Both the position numbers and the translations under genes were made by a program. Of a stretch of 64,000 bases of DNA, positions 40,809 to 50,332 are shown piece by piece (position 1 is the stretch's first letter; each line of letters opens with the position of its first letter). The stretch covers positions 1 through 64,000 of IMG/VR virus record IMGVR_UViG_3300037419_001822. One strand, 5' to 3'. The DNA is from a virus. The notes below the pieces were generated by a model, which saw only the letters and a list, made by a program, of their open reading frames with translations, was not told where the DNA came from and searched no databases.

Positions 40809-41744
40809 ATGACCGGCCTGGCCGCCACCCCGATCGTGCCGCTGCGGCCGGGCTCGGCCGAGTGGTGCCGCGAGGTCACCGCCAGCAAGGTGTCGGCGAT
40901 CCTCGGCCTGTCCCCGTGGCAGTCGCGGTTCGCGATCTGGCACGAGCTGGCCGGGTGGCTGCCGCCCCGCGAGGAGTCCGACGCGACCGACCAGCAGGCG
41001 CGCGGCCACTACCTCGAACCGGCCATCGCCGCCTGGTGGGCCGATCAGTACGGCGCGCACCTGCGGCCGGGGGGCTGCTGGCGGTCGACCCGCTACCCGT
41101 GGATGGTCGTCTCCCCGGACCGGCTGGTCGTCGCCCACCGCACCGGCCGCAAGCCGGTGTCGGTGCTGGAGGTCAAGTCGTCGGGGTCGATGGACGGCTG
41201 GGGGCCGGACGGCTCCGACGAAGTACCTGCCTACTACCGGGCTCAGGTGGTGCTGCAGCTCGACTGCCTGGGCCTGCCGCGCGGGCACGTCGCGGTGCTG
41301 CTGCCCCGGCTGCAGTTCCGCGCGTACACGATCGAGTACGACGCCGACGAGGCCGCCTGGATGCGGGAGCAGATCGAGGCGTTCATGGCCACCCTCCCCG
41401 GGGGTGTCAACGAGCGGGTGCCCGACATCGACGGCGACGACAGCACCTACGCCACGGTGCGCCGGATCCATCCGGAGCTGGACGGCGAAGAGATCGAGGT
41501 CGACCGCGAGCTGGCGGAGAGCTTCCTCGCCGCCGCCGCCGGAACGCGGGCGATGGACTCGCTCTGGAGCCAGCGCCGCGCGGAGATGGGCCAGGCCATG
41601 GGCAATGCCTCGCGGGCCGTCCACGAGGGGGTCGTCGTGGCCACCCGGCAGGCCCGGGGCGGTGGCACGCCGTTCGTGTCCGCGCCGAAGAAGCTGCCCG
41701 AACTCCCGCAGCGTATTGACACAAGCATGGACGATGCTGGATAA
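40809..41744 (+). CDS. YqaJ/lambda-exonuclease family recombination nuclease
   Basis: VTASKVSAILGLSPWQS, GHYLEP, VSPDRL, LEVKSS and YYRAQV..QL motifs; adjacent to RecT. Confidence 0.9.
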   Translation: MTGLAATPIVPLRPGSAEWCREVTASKVSAILGLSPWQSRFAIWHELAGWLPPREESDATDQQARGHYLEPAIAAWWADQYGAHLRPGGCWRSTRYPWMVVSPDRLVVAHRTGRKPVSVLEVKSSGSMDGWGPDGSDEVPAYYRAQVVLQLDCLGLPRGHVAVLLPRLQFRAYTIEYDADEAAWMREQIEAFMATLPGGVNERVPDIDGDDSTYATVRRIHPELDGEEIEVDRELAESFLAAAAGTRAMDSLWSQRRAEMGQAMGNASRAVHEGVVVATRQARGGGTPFVSAPKKLPELPQRIDTSMDDAG

Positions 41745-41745
41745 T
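41713..41745 (+). promoter_or_regulatory. Promoter GTA-TTGACA-N18-GATAAT upstream of recT
   Basis: -35 at 41716-41721, -10 at 41740-41745; same geometry as the repeated promoters. Confidence 0.6.
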
Positions 41746-41778
41746 CACGTTCGACACCCAACGGAAGGAACTACCCAC

Positions 41779-42654
41779 ATGGCTGACGTTCGCGCCGAGG
41801 TCGCCAAGCGCGACGAGGTGCCCCGCGCCTCCGCCCTGGTCACCCAGTACAAGCAGGACTTCACCACCGTCCTGCCCTCGCACCTCAAGGCCGACACCTG
41901 GGTCCGGGTGGCCCAGGGCGCGCTCAAGCGGGGCAAGAAACTGGAGGGTGACCGGCACGGCCGCACCGAGCTGGAGGTCGCCGCGCTGAACAACCCGGCG
42001 GCGTTCCTGTCGGCGATGCTCGACGCCGCCCGCCTCGGCCTGGAGCCGGGCACCGAGGAGTTCTACCTCACCCCGCGCAAGGTCAAAGGCCGCCTGGAGA
42101 TCCTCGGCATCACCGGCTGGCAGGGCCTGGTCGCCCTCATGTACCGCGCCGGTGCCGTCGCCTCCGTCGTCGCCAACGTCGTCCGCGAGAAGGACGACTA
42201 CGACTACGAGGAGGGCGTCCACGACGTCCCCAAGCACCGCTACCAGAAGTTCGCCGGGGCCAAGATCCGAGGCAAGATCATCGGCGTCTACGCCTACGCC
42301 AAGATGACCAACGGCGCGATCTCCAAGGTCATCGAGCTGGGCCAGGAAGACATCGACCGGATCAAGAAGTCCTCCCAGGGCGCCGACTCCCCGTACTCCC
42401 CGTGGCAGCAGCACGAGGAAGCCATGTGGCTCAAGTCGGCCGTCCGGCAGCTCGCCAAGTGGGTGCCCACCTCGGCCGAGCGCATCCCCGCCGGGGACGT
42501 CGTGCACGTCGACTCGGCGCGCGGCGACCACCCGCCGATGACCCTCCCCGCCCCGGCCGGTGGCCTGGACGAGCACTGGGTCGAGTACGACGAGGACGGC
42601 GACATCCACGACGCCGAGGTGGTCGACGTCGCCACCGGCGAGGTCAAGGCGTGA
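41779..42654 (+). CDS. recT: RecT family single-strand annealing protein
   Basis: AARLGLEPG..FYLTP, GWQGLVALMYRAG, GVYAYA and SPWQQHEEAMWLKSAVRQLAKWVPTSAE motifs. Confidence 0.92.
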   Translation: MADVRAEVAKRDEVPRASALVTQYKQDFTTVLPSHLKADTWVRVAQGALKRGKKLEGDRHGRTELEVAALNNPAAFLSAMLDAARLGLEPGTEEFYLTPRKVKGRLEILGITGWQGLVALMYRAGAVASVVANVVREKDDYDYEEGVHDVPKHRYQKFAGAKIRGKIIGVYAYAKMTNGAISKVIELGQEDIDRIKKSSQGADSPYSPWQQHEEAMWLKSAVRQLAKWVPTSAERIPAGDVVHVDSARGDHPPMTLPAPAGGLDEHWVEYDEDGDIHDAEVVDVATGEVKA

Positions 42655-42941
42655 GCCGCAGCACCGCCCGGACCCTGCGCGACGCGGCGGCCCACCTGGA
42701 GGCCCACGGCTGGACCCAGGGACGCCAGTTCGACGGCCAGCGGGCCTGCCTGGTCGGCTCCCTGCGCCGGGCGCTCGGCCTGGGCTTGCAGATGTGGACC
42801 GGGCCGCTGCAGGACGCGCACGACGCCGTCGCCAGGCACCTGCGCGACGTGCCCGTCCTGTGGAACGACGCCCCGGGCCGCACCCCGGCCGAGGTGGTCA
42901 AGGAGCTGCTCACCGTGGCCGACCTGGAGGACGTGGCATGA
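42651..42941 (+). CDS. DUF6197-like protein
   Basis: LRDAAAHLEAHGWTQG..CLVGSL..WNDAPGRTPAEVV. Confidence 0.7.
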   Translation: MSRSTARTLRDAAAHLEAHGWTQGRQFDGQRACLVGSLRRALGLGLQMWTGPLQDAHDAVARHLRDVPVLWNDAPGRTPAEVVKELLTVADLEDVA

Positions 42942-43176
42942 CCACCGCCCTGCTGGTCGCGGTCCTCGTCGTCCTGGCCGGGCTGACGCTCGTCCTCGCC
43001 GGACGCCGCCAGGACTCCAGCCGCACCAAGTACAAGCAGCTCACCGAGCAGAACCTGCGGCTGCGCAGGCTCGTCCGCGAGATCGAGGTCGAGGCCCGCG
43101 CCCAGACCGCCCTCGGCAACACCGTCTTCGAGCCCACCCTCGCCCTGATCACCGACTACCGAGAGAAGGAAGCAGC

Positions 43177-43926
43177 ATGACCCACCCCCTGCGGCTGGCA
43201 ACCGGATCCCACGACGCCGGGTCCGGCAAGGGCTGCGCGATGAACGTGATCTCCTGGGAGTCCGGGGACGCCGTCATCACCGACCTGCCCGCCTGCGCCG
43301 ACGAGATGCTCGCCAAGGTCGTGCAGCAGATCAACGACTCCCACTGCGACCACCGCGACGGCGACCTGCTGTGCCCGCCCTGCTCGATCGAGGTGCTGGC
43401 CCTGGCCCACCGCACGGTCGGCACCGGCGGGCCGCTCACCGAGGAGCGCAAGCAGGTGTGGGTGCGGATGGCCATCCACTACGCCCTCAAGGCGCTCCCC
43501 CTGGTGCCCGAGTCCCGCAGGACGGAGGACGGCCCCACGCTGCGGGAGCAGGCCGAGCAGGTGATCCGGGCGGCGTCCGCGTGGCTGCGCTCCCCGGACC
43601 CGGGCCGCGCGCACGAGGCCGGTCGGCTGGCCAACAAGGTCTACACCTCCTACGCGGAGGTGGGTCAGGCCTACACCGGCCTGGCCTCCGCCCGCGCCGC
43701 CGCCTGGTCCGTCTACTACGACAGCCTGAACGCCACCGCCACCGACGCGTCCGACGCGGTCATCTTCTCCCTCCTGGCCCGCCACCAGCACGACCCGGCC
43801 GCCCGGCTGGCCGAGGCGCACCGGCTGATCGACCTGTTCGCCGAGCTGACCGGCCACACCGAGCAGCAGCCGGACCCGCTCCGCACCGCCGTCGCCGTCG
43901 GGGCCATGCAGCGGGTGACCGCGTGA
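43177..43926 (+). CDS. Conserved actinophage hypothetical protein (GSH..GSGKGCAMNVISW..D.P.C)
   Basis: Coherent ORF with GC3 bias and a conserved Cys pattern. Confidence 0.7.
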   Translation: MTHPLRLATGSHDAGSGKGCAMNVISWESGDAVITDLPACADEMLAKVVQQINDSHCDHRDGDLLCPPCSIEVLALAHRTVGTGGPLTEERKQVWVRMAIHYALKALPLVPESRRTEDGPTLREQAEQVIRAASAWLRSPDPGRAHEAGRLANKVYTSYAEVGQAYTGLASARAAAWSVYYDSLNATATDASDAVIFSLLARHQHDPAARLAEAHRLIDLFAELTGHTEQQPDPLRTAVAVGAMQRVTA

Positions 43927-44357
43927 AGGCCGCCGGGGTCACCATCGTCGTCCTCGTCCTGCTCATCGCCGGTGGTCTCGGGCTGCGCTGGATCCTCGCC
44001 GAACCCTCCGGGGCGGTGCAGCAACGCGAGATGACCGTCGGCAACGGCGCGTACCGCATCTCCGCCTACGAGGAGTTCTACCAGGAGTGCAGCTCGGCGC
44101 TGACCGCGCAGCAGAACCTGGCCAACGCCATCTCGGCCGCGCACGCCGAGAACGTCGACCCCACCCGGCAGGCGCAGCTCGACGCCAACGTGACCGCGCT
44201 GACCAACGTGCTCAACCGGGCGGTCAACGACTACAACGCGCACGCCCGGGAGACCGACACGCGGGCGCACTTCCTGTCCTCAGACCTGCCGTTCGAGATC
44301 CAGGTCGACCCGACCGACCCGACCAACCCGCCGATCGACTGCAAGGTGGCCAACTGA
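43923..44357 (+). CDS. Membrane-anchored secreted protein
   Basis: N-terminal TM segment VTIVVLVLLIAGGLGL; GTGA overlap with the upstream gene. Confidence 0.65.
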   Translation: MKAAGVTIVVLVLLIAGGLGLRWILAEPSGAVQQREMTVGNGAYRISAYEEFYQECSSALTAQQNLANAISAAHAENVDPTRQAQLDANVTALTNVLNRAVNDYNAHARETDTRAHFLSSDLPFEIQVDPTDPTNPPIDCKVAN

Positions 44358-44762
44358 TCATGTGCGTGTCCCTGGACGACGCCCCCTGGAAGAACCGTCC
44401 GTACACCGAAGAGGATCGCCGTCGGGACGAGAGCCGCAGGTTGATGGTCAGCCAGTTCATCGGTGGCGCTCTCCAGCTCGTCAAGTGCCCGACCTGCTAC
44501 GCCCTCCTGGAGGAGGGCGACCTGCCCCTGCACAACGTGGACGGCCACCACTCCTGATGTGCTCCCCGATGCCCGACGACGACCCGCTGGAGAACCACCC
44601 GGAGATGTACCCCGAGCGGTACGCGCCGCCGGTCTGCTACCGCTACCCCACCTGCGAGGGCTACCTCGACGTCTCCCACCCGCTCGACCCGTACTGGGAG
44701 TACCCCGGCGACTGCACCTGGCCGGACTGCTCCACCCCACCCACGAAAGGCACACCCACCCC

Positions 44763-45320
44763 GTGAAGCTCAAGAAGCCCCTCGTCAGCGTGGTCGCCCT
44801 CGGTGCCGCCCTGCTGCTCACCGCCGGTGCCTGCGACGACAGCCCGTCGTCCACGCAGTCCGAGGCCCAGTCCCAGCACAACTCCTACGACGCGCAGGTC
44901 AAGCGGCAGCCCGCACACAGCATGCACTACTCGCCGACCCGCGACACGATCAACGGCTGGATCGACACCTGGGACGACCCGAACGCCGTCTCCTACGTGT
45001 ACCTGCAGGGTGGCGACGGCAAGCTGCTGGGCTACTACGTGCTCAAGGGCCGCCCGGTCACGATGTGCGCCGCGCTGACCCCGACCTGGCAGTTCGTCGG
45101 CACCCCGAAGGACGGCTCGGACGTCCAGGACCAGCAGGTGCCCGCCCCCGGCGTGGACGGCGTCTACTACTCCGGCGGCCAGTGCAACGACTACTACGGG
45201 TTCACCACCGACGGCACGTACATCGAGTACACGGTCGGCCAGGGCATCAACGTTCTTCTGTACAACCAGCCGCTGCCGCAGGCCAACAACGTCCCCAACC
45301 TCGCCCCGACGGGCCGGTGA
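44763..45320 (+). CDS. Lipoprotein
   Basis: MKLKKPLVSVVALGAALLLTAGAC signal peptide with lipobox Cys. Confidence 0.75.
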   Translation: MKLKKPLVSVVALGAALLLTAGACDDSPSSTQSEAQSQHNSYDAQVKRQPAHSMHYSPTRDTINGWIDTWDDPNAVSYVYLQGGDGKLLGYYVLKGRPVTMCAALTPTWQFVGTPKDGSDVQDQQVPAPGVDGVYYSGGQCNDYYGFTTDGTYIEYTVGQGINVLLYNQPLPQANNVPNLAPTGR

Positions 45321-45327
45321 CCGCCTG

Positions 45328-45678
45328 ATGCGCGCCGACATCGCCGCCACCCTGACCGCCGCCGCCGACGTCCTGGAACGGGACGGCTGGTCCCAGCGCG
45401 TCGCGCACCACCCGGACGGCGGCCACTGCGTCCTGGGGGCCATCGCCCTGGTCACCGGCTACCACCGCAACCTGGGACACCAGGCCCATTCACGCATCCC
45501 GCTGATGGCTTGCTGCGAGGAGAACGAGCGGGCCATGCACGAGGCGGCCCGCGAGTTCGCCGAGTTCATCGGCCACGACGGGACCGCGAACATCCCGCTG
45601 TGGAACGACGACCCGCTGCGCACCCCGGAGGAGGTCGTCAAGACCGTCCGAGCGGCAGCCGCCGAGGCCGCCGCATGA
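45328..45678 (+). CDS. DUF6197-like protein (second paralogue)
   Basis: LTAAADVLERDGWSQ..CVLGAI..WNDDPLRTPEEVV. Confidence 0.7.
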   Translation: MRADIAATLTAAADVLERDGWSQRVAHHPDGGHCVLGAIALVTGYHRNLGHQAHSRIPLMACCEENERAMHEAAREFAEFIGHDGTANIPLWNDDPLRTPEEVVKTVRAAAAEAAA

Positions 45679-46058
45679 CCGAGCGGCAGCCGCCGATGTC
45701 GGACGAGGAGGTGTCCCGCCTGCTCACCGACTGCATCAACGCGACCATCCGCTTCGACTCGAAGACGGTGGGCGCGCTGATGGACCGGATCTTCCTGGAG
45801 GGCACCGCCGAGGACGGCATGCGGTTCGCGCTGGGCTGCATGCAGTTGATCGCCACCCACGCCTCCCCGGGGGAGGCGCTGTACCTGCAGATGATGGCCG
45901 ACCTGGTGTCGGGGGATCCGGACCGGGCGCTGAACCGGTGGATCGAGTCGCTGCTGACGCAGCAGGTCGTGCCGACCGGGGCCCCCGGGGGGTCGATCGG
46001 GGTGGCGTTGCGGCAGGCGGCGGCGATGGTCGGCCGGGGGCGGGCGAAGTTGCAGTGA
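45675..46058 (+). CDS. All-helical hypothetical protein (paralogue of 47074..47526)
   Basis: ATGA overlap; YLQMMADLVSGD resembles FVQMIAAVVAGD. Confidence 0.6.
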   Translation: MTERQPPMSDEEVSRLLTDCINATIRFDSKTVGALMDRIFLEGTAEDGMRFALGCMQLIATHASPGEALYLQMMADLVSGDPDRALNRWIESLLTQQVVPTGAPGGSIGVALRQAAAMVGRGRAKLQ

Positions 46059-46103
46059 CGGGTTTCCGCACGCCTATTGCGTCTAACGCCTTAAGACAGG
46101 AGG

Positions 46104-46724
46104 ATGACGGTCGTGACCGCTGACCCCCTCAAGCCCGGCATGCTGTTCCTGTACCACGGGGAGTCGTGGGTCAGCCGGTCCATCTCCTCGGCGCAGGCGT
46201 TCGTCCGGGGCGGCAGCTTCTACTCGCACGCCGGTCTGTACCTGGGCGACGGGAAGATCATCGAGGCCATGCCCTCCGGGGCGCGGATCTGCGACTTCTC
46301 CCCGGCCTACGACCACGCGACGGTGTTGTGGTCGGACGCCCCGATCCAGCGGGCGCTGGCCTCGGGCGTGGTGGACGAGGCCGAGCTGCGCGCCCGGGTG
46401 GTCGAAGAGGCCCGCAAGCTGGAAGGCACCCCCTACAGCTACTCCGACTACCTGGCCATCGCCGCCGTCGAGTGGAAATGGCCCGGCTGGGAGAAGCTGC
46501 GCAGCTACGTCGCCTCCTCCGGCCGCCTCATCTGCTCCGCGCTGGTCGACCGCGCGTTCCTGAACGCCGGGATCCACCTGTTCGATGACCGGCGCCTACC
46601 CGGCGACGTCACCCCCGGCGACCTGGACCGCTACGACCAGCACTGGGTCCGCGAACGGCTCGGCTCCGTCGAGACCCGGCTGCGCCGCATCGAGACCCAC
46701 CTCGGGCTGGAGGTGTGGGCATGA
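46104..46724 (+). CDS. Permuted NlpC/P60 papain-like amidase (YiiX/YaeF-like)
   Basis: LKPGMLFL, YSHAGLYLGDGKIIEA (His first), GTPYSY, LICSALV (Cys late). Confidence 0.82.
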   Translation: MTVVTADPLKPGMLFLYHGESWVSRSISSAQAFVRGGSFYSHAGLYLGDGKIIEAMPSGARICDFSPAYDHATVLWSDAPIQRALASGVVDEAELRARVVEEARKLEGTPYSYSDYLAIAAVEWKWPGWEKLRSYVASSGRLICSALVDRAFLNAGIHLFDDRRLPGDVTPGDLDRYDQHWVRERLGSVETRLRRIETHLGLEVWA

Positions 46725-47077
46725 GCAGCGCCTCCCGCAGGTCGCGGGGCTCAGAGACGCAGCTCATCGCCGCCGAGTGGTGGCGCGGCAACGGCTTCCC
46801 GTACTGCGTGGACGCCGGGGCCGGACGCCAGGGCCGGGACCTGCTGAACCTCCCCGGCCTCGCGGGCGAGGTGAAGGGGCGGGCCAACTTCGACCCGCTG
46901 GCCTGGATCCGGCAGGCCAGCTCCAACGCGCACGGCGACCTGCCGTTCGTGCAGTTGCGCTGCAACGGGCAGGGCCCGGCGTCGATCGCCGACTGGCCGG
47001 TGCTGCTGCGCACCTTCGACTTCACGTTCCTGGTCCGCCGGGCCGGGTTCGGAGACCCCCTGGAGGAGTCCGCATGA
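46721..47077 (+). CDS. PD-(D/E)xK Holliday junction resolvase-like nuclease
   Basis: SRRSRGSETQ..A.WW..NGFP, GRDL and EVKGR motifs. Confidence 0.75.
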   Translation: MSSASRRSRGSETQLIAAEWWRGNGFPYCVDAGAGRQGRDLLNLPGLAGEVKGRANFDPLAWIRQASSNAHGDLPFVQLRCNGQGPASIADWPVLLRTFDFTFLVRRAGFGDPLEESA

Positions 47078-47526
47078 TGCAACCGCCCGAGATCGTGGAC
47101 CTGGTCGGGGATCTGGTCGAGGCCCGGATGATGGGCGACCGGCCCCGGCTGGTCGACATGATCGACCGGCTGCTGAAAGGCCCGGTCGCCGACACCCTGA
47201 ACGTGACCCTGGTGCTGGCCGGGCTGATGGCCCAGGACGCGCCGAAGCCCCAGGCGGGGGAGCTGGCCATCAGGGTGGTCCGGGTCGCGCCGGACGGCGA
47301 TGAGACCCCGGGGGACACCGGCGACCTGCCCCCGCACATCCGGATCTTCGTGCAGATGATCGCGGCCGTGGTCGCCGGGGACCGGGAGATGGCCCGGGAC
47401 CTGTTCGTCGGCTACGTGGGCAGCGACGGCACGCGGGCGTTGCCGCTGCTGACGTACGCACTGACCGAGGTGGCGCACGCCGAGCTGGGCTGCTGCACCC
47501 CCAACACGATCGAGGAGGCGTCGTGA
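47074..47526 (+). CDS. All-helical hypothetical protein (paralogue of 45675..46058)
   Basis: GGAGGAG RBS and ATGA overlap. Confidence 0.6.
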   Translation: MMQPPEIVDLVGDLVEARMMGDRPRLVDMIDRLLKGPVADTLNVTLVLAGLMAQDAPKPQAGELAIRVVRVAPDGDETPGDTGDLPPHIRIFVQMIAAVVAGDREMARDLFVGYVGSDGTRALPLLTYALTEVAHAELGCCTPNTIEEAS

Positions 47527-48152
47527 GCTGGCAGGAGGCCGCGAACCACCTGGAGCGCGCCGTCGAGGAGCTGCGGAAGGTGCGCGTCCGCTACGCCGAC
47601 GCCAGCCTGCACCCGGACAAGAAGCGGGCCCGGCTGGCCGCGATCGACTCCAAGATCGACGCCCTGAACGGCGTGTACATCCCGCCGCCGAACTGCTGGC
47701 CGTGGTGCGACGACGGGGTGGACGCGTGACCGCGCAGCTCTGCCCGAAGTGCCAGGGGCAGGGCGTCGTATCCCGCCCGCCGTGGATCCCGGCCGACGTC
47801 CAGGCCTGGAACGGCCCGCTGATCACCTACACGTGCAATCTCTGCGGGGGTCGCATGGTGATCGACGCGGAGGTGGTGCTGTCTGGCATCTCAGAATCCA
47901 CCCCCTCGCGGCTGACCCCTTCCCCAGGAACTACTGCTGGGCCTGACAGTAGGGGTGCGGTGTGATGGAGCCCGGTTCCTGCGACCTGTTCACCGCCGCC
48001 GAGGACCCCGAGCTGCAGCCGGGGTGGCTCTGGCGCGAGGAGCGCACCCCCGGCGGATGGGTGATCCGCGAGACCGCGTTCACCCTCAACGGCTACACGT
48101 CGGTCGACATCTACGGGCCCGGGGGCGAGCTGGTCTGGCGAGGAGCCCGGCG

Positions 48153-48761
48153 ATGAACTTCGTGCACCCGCCGTCGGAGAGCCGCCTGGCCGCCCGCGCG
48201 GTCGCGCTGCACGCCGGTGGCAGCCGCGCCGAGCAGAAAGAGCTGCTGGCCATGCTCGGCCTGCTCTCCGACGACGGGCAGCTCCAGGAACTGCCCGCGT
48301 TCGTCATCCCGGCCTACAACATCGACGGCTCCGTCGAGACCCGCCCCGACCCCGTGTGCTACAAGCAGCCCCCCTGGGACCGCTCCTCGGTGCCGCCCGG
48401 CCTGCGCAACCTGGCCCCGCCGGTCAAGGCCCCGGCCCCGCCCCGGCCCCGGCCCAAGCGGGTCGCCGTGGTGTCCGGCTGCGGCGAGCAGCGGGGCACG
48501 GTGAACGGCCGCAACCGGCACCGCCGGGAGGGCTCGCCGGTGTGCGACGACTGCCGTCAGGCCTGGAACGAGTACCAGCGGGCGCTGCGGCAGACCGCGT
48601 CGGCGCCCAACCCCGACCTGCCACCCCGGCCGGAGAAGTGCGGCACCCTGGCCGGTCGCTCCAACCACGTCCGGCGCGGCGAAGAGCTGTGCCGGGCCTG
48701 CAAGGACGCCGCGAACGCGCACGCCCGCGCCCGGCGGGCACAGAGGAAGGAGGCAGCATGA
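48153..48761 (+). CDS. Protein with two (C/R)GT..G...H.R.G...C..C zinc-binding-like repeats
   Basis: RGTVNGRNRHRREGSPVCDDCR and CGTLAGRSNHVRRGEELCRACK. Confidence 0.7.
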   Translation: MNFVHPPSESRLAARAVALHAGGSRAEQKELLAMLGLLSDDGQLQELPAFVIPAYNIDGSVETRPDPVCYKQPPWDRSSVPPGLRNLAPPVKAPAPPRPRPKRVAVVSGCGEQRGTVNGRNRHRREGSPVCDDCRQAWNEYQRALRQTASAPNPDLPPRPEKCGTLAGRSNHVRRGEELCRACKDAANAHARARRAQRKEAA

Positions 48762-49072
48762 TCATCGACCAGCACAACTGGCGGTTGTTCGCCCGCTGCG
48801 CCCAGGAGGTCCGCGCGGGTCGCGCCGACCCCGCCTGGTGGGACTCCCGGCTGGACACCCCCGACGACGAGCCGTCCGAGACGAAGGAACAGCGCGCCGC
48901 CCGGCACGCCAAGGCCAAGGCCGTATGCCAGGGCTGCCCCCTGGAGGTGCAGGCCTTCTGCCTGGCCCAGGTGAAGCCTGGGGTGGACGAGGGTGTGCGG
49001 GTGGGCCTGGTGCTGACCGAGATCCCCGCCGGGCAGGCGGGCAACCGGCGGAACCTGTCGCTGTCGGCGTAG
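48758..49072 (+). CDS. whiB: WhiB-like (Wbl) Fe-S transcription regulator
   Basis: NWRLFARC...AKAVCQGCPLEVQAFCL...GVRVG has four Cys and a variant G(V/I)WGG turn. Confidence 0.8.
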   Translation: MIIDQHNWRLFARCAQEVRAGRADPAWWDSRLDTPDDEPSETKEQRAARHAKAKAVCQGCPLEVQAFCLAQVKPGVDEGVRVGLVLTEIPAGQAGNRRNLSLSA

Positions 49073-49154
49073 GCTGTCGGCCGCTGCCCGCACGTATTGA
49101 CAGACGCGTAGACGTAGCTCACGATCGTGTAGACACAAAGGCTAGGTGCCTCAA

Positions 49155-49949
49155 ATGCTCTCCGCTCCCCCCATGGTCAGCCGGAACCGCGCGGCTGCCC
49201 GCACCATCGTCACCGCCGTCCAGGACGGCCTGCTGCCCGACCTGGGCGCGGCCCGCGACATCATGGAAGCCCTCGGCCTGGTCGCCCCCGGCGGCACCGA
49301 GATCCTGCCCGACCCGCACGACCTGATGGTCGGCCCCGGCGAGGTCGAGTTCCGGCCGCTGCCCCGCGCCGACATCTCCGGCCCGGACCTGCGCGAGCCC
49401 CCGGTGGACCGGCGGTTCGTCCCCGAGGGGCTGCGCAACTACTCGGCCCGCAAGCCGCCCACCGAGCGGCCCCGGTGCGGCAGCCCCAACGGATACCGCG
49501 ACCATCTCGCCGCCGGGGAGAACGCCTGCCTGCCCTGCGCCGACGCCTGGCGGGACAAGCGCGCCGAGGAGCGCGCCGCCAAGCCCAAGACCGGCAAGCC
49601 CGGCCAGCCGCGCAAGGAGATCGAGCACGGCACCGAACGCGGCCACGCCATGCACCGCCGCCGGGGCATCCCGCTGTGCGACGACTGCCGCGCCGCCGAG
49701 AAGGAGGCCCGGCGGATCCGGAAGGAGCGGAAGGTCGCAGCCGGTGAGCTGCCCGCCCCGCCCCGGCGGATCGAGGAGCGGGAGTCCCCGATCGAGCACG
49801 GCACGAACGCGGGCTACATGAAGGAGCGCCGCCGGAAGCTGCCGATCTGCGACCCGTGCCGCCGCGCCGCCACCCTGCACCGGGCCAAGAACAAGGCCGC
49901 CAGCCAGGAGCGGAAGAACACCCAGGCCCAGGAGGAGCGAGCCGCATGA
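49155..49949 (+). CDS. Protein with three zinc-binding-like repeats (paralogue of 48153..48761)
   Basis: CGSPNGYRDH..CLPC, HGTERGHAMH..CDDC, HGTNAGY..CDPC. Start is uncertain (49146/49155/49173). Confidence 0.7.
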   Translation: MLSAPPMVSRNRAAARTIVTAVQDGLLPDLGAARDIMEALGLVAPGGTEILPDPHDLMVGPGEVEFRPLPRADISGPDLREPPVDRRFVPEGLRNYSARKPPTERPRCGSPNGYRDHLAAGENACLPCADAWRDKRAEERAAKPKTGKPGQPRKEIEHGTERGHAMHRRRGIPLCDDCRAAEKEARRIRKERKVAAGELPAPPRRIEERESPIEHGTNAGYMKERRRKLPICDPCRRAATLHRAKNKAASQERKNTQAQEERAA

Positions 49950-50332
49950 CCGGCATGGAACACACCGCGCACATCCACGGGCTGTGCGCGCTCAACGGGG
50001 ACTGGCGCACCCGCACCCGCATCACCGAGCTGTCCAAGTGGGTGGACGACGCCAACGCCGACCGGGGCGAGGCGCTGACCTGGTCCCGGGTGGCCAAGGT
50101 CGGCGAGGAGTCCGGCGAGGCCCTCTCGGCCCTGCTCGGCTACGTCGGCCAGAACCCGCGCAAGGGCTACTACGCCGACGCCCAGGAGGTGGTCAAGGAG
50201 CTGCTCGACGTCGCCCTGGCCGCCCTCGGCGCGGTCGAGCACATGACCGACAACAAGGGACACGCGCTGCGGCTGTTCCGCGAGCACGTCGAGGCCATCC
50301 ACGCCCGCGCCGGTCTGGGGGCGACCGCATGA
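49946..50332 (+). CDS. MazG-like nucleotide pyrophosphohydrolase
   Basis: KVGEESGEALSA..GQNPRKG..VVKELLDVA fits the EExGE...ExxD pattern. Confidence 0.8.
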   Translation: MTGMEHTAHIHGLCALNGDWRTRTRITELSKWVDDANADRGEALTWSRVAKVGEESGEALSALLGYVGQNPRKGYYADAQEVVKELLDVALAALGAVEHMTDNKGHALRLFREHVEAIHARAGLGATA

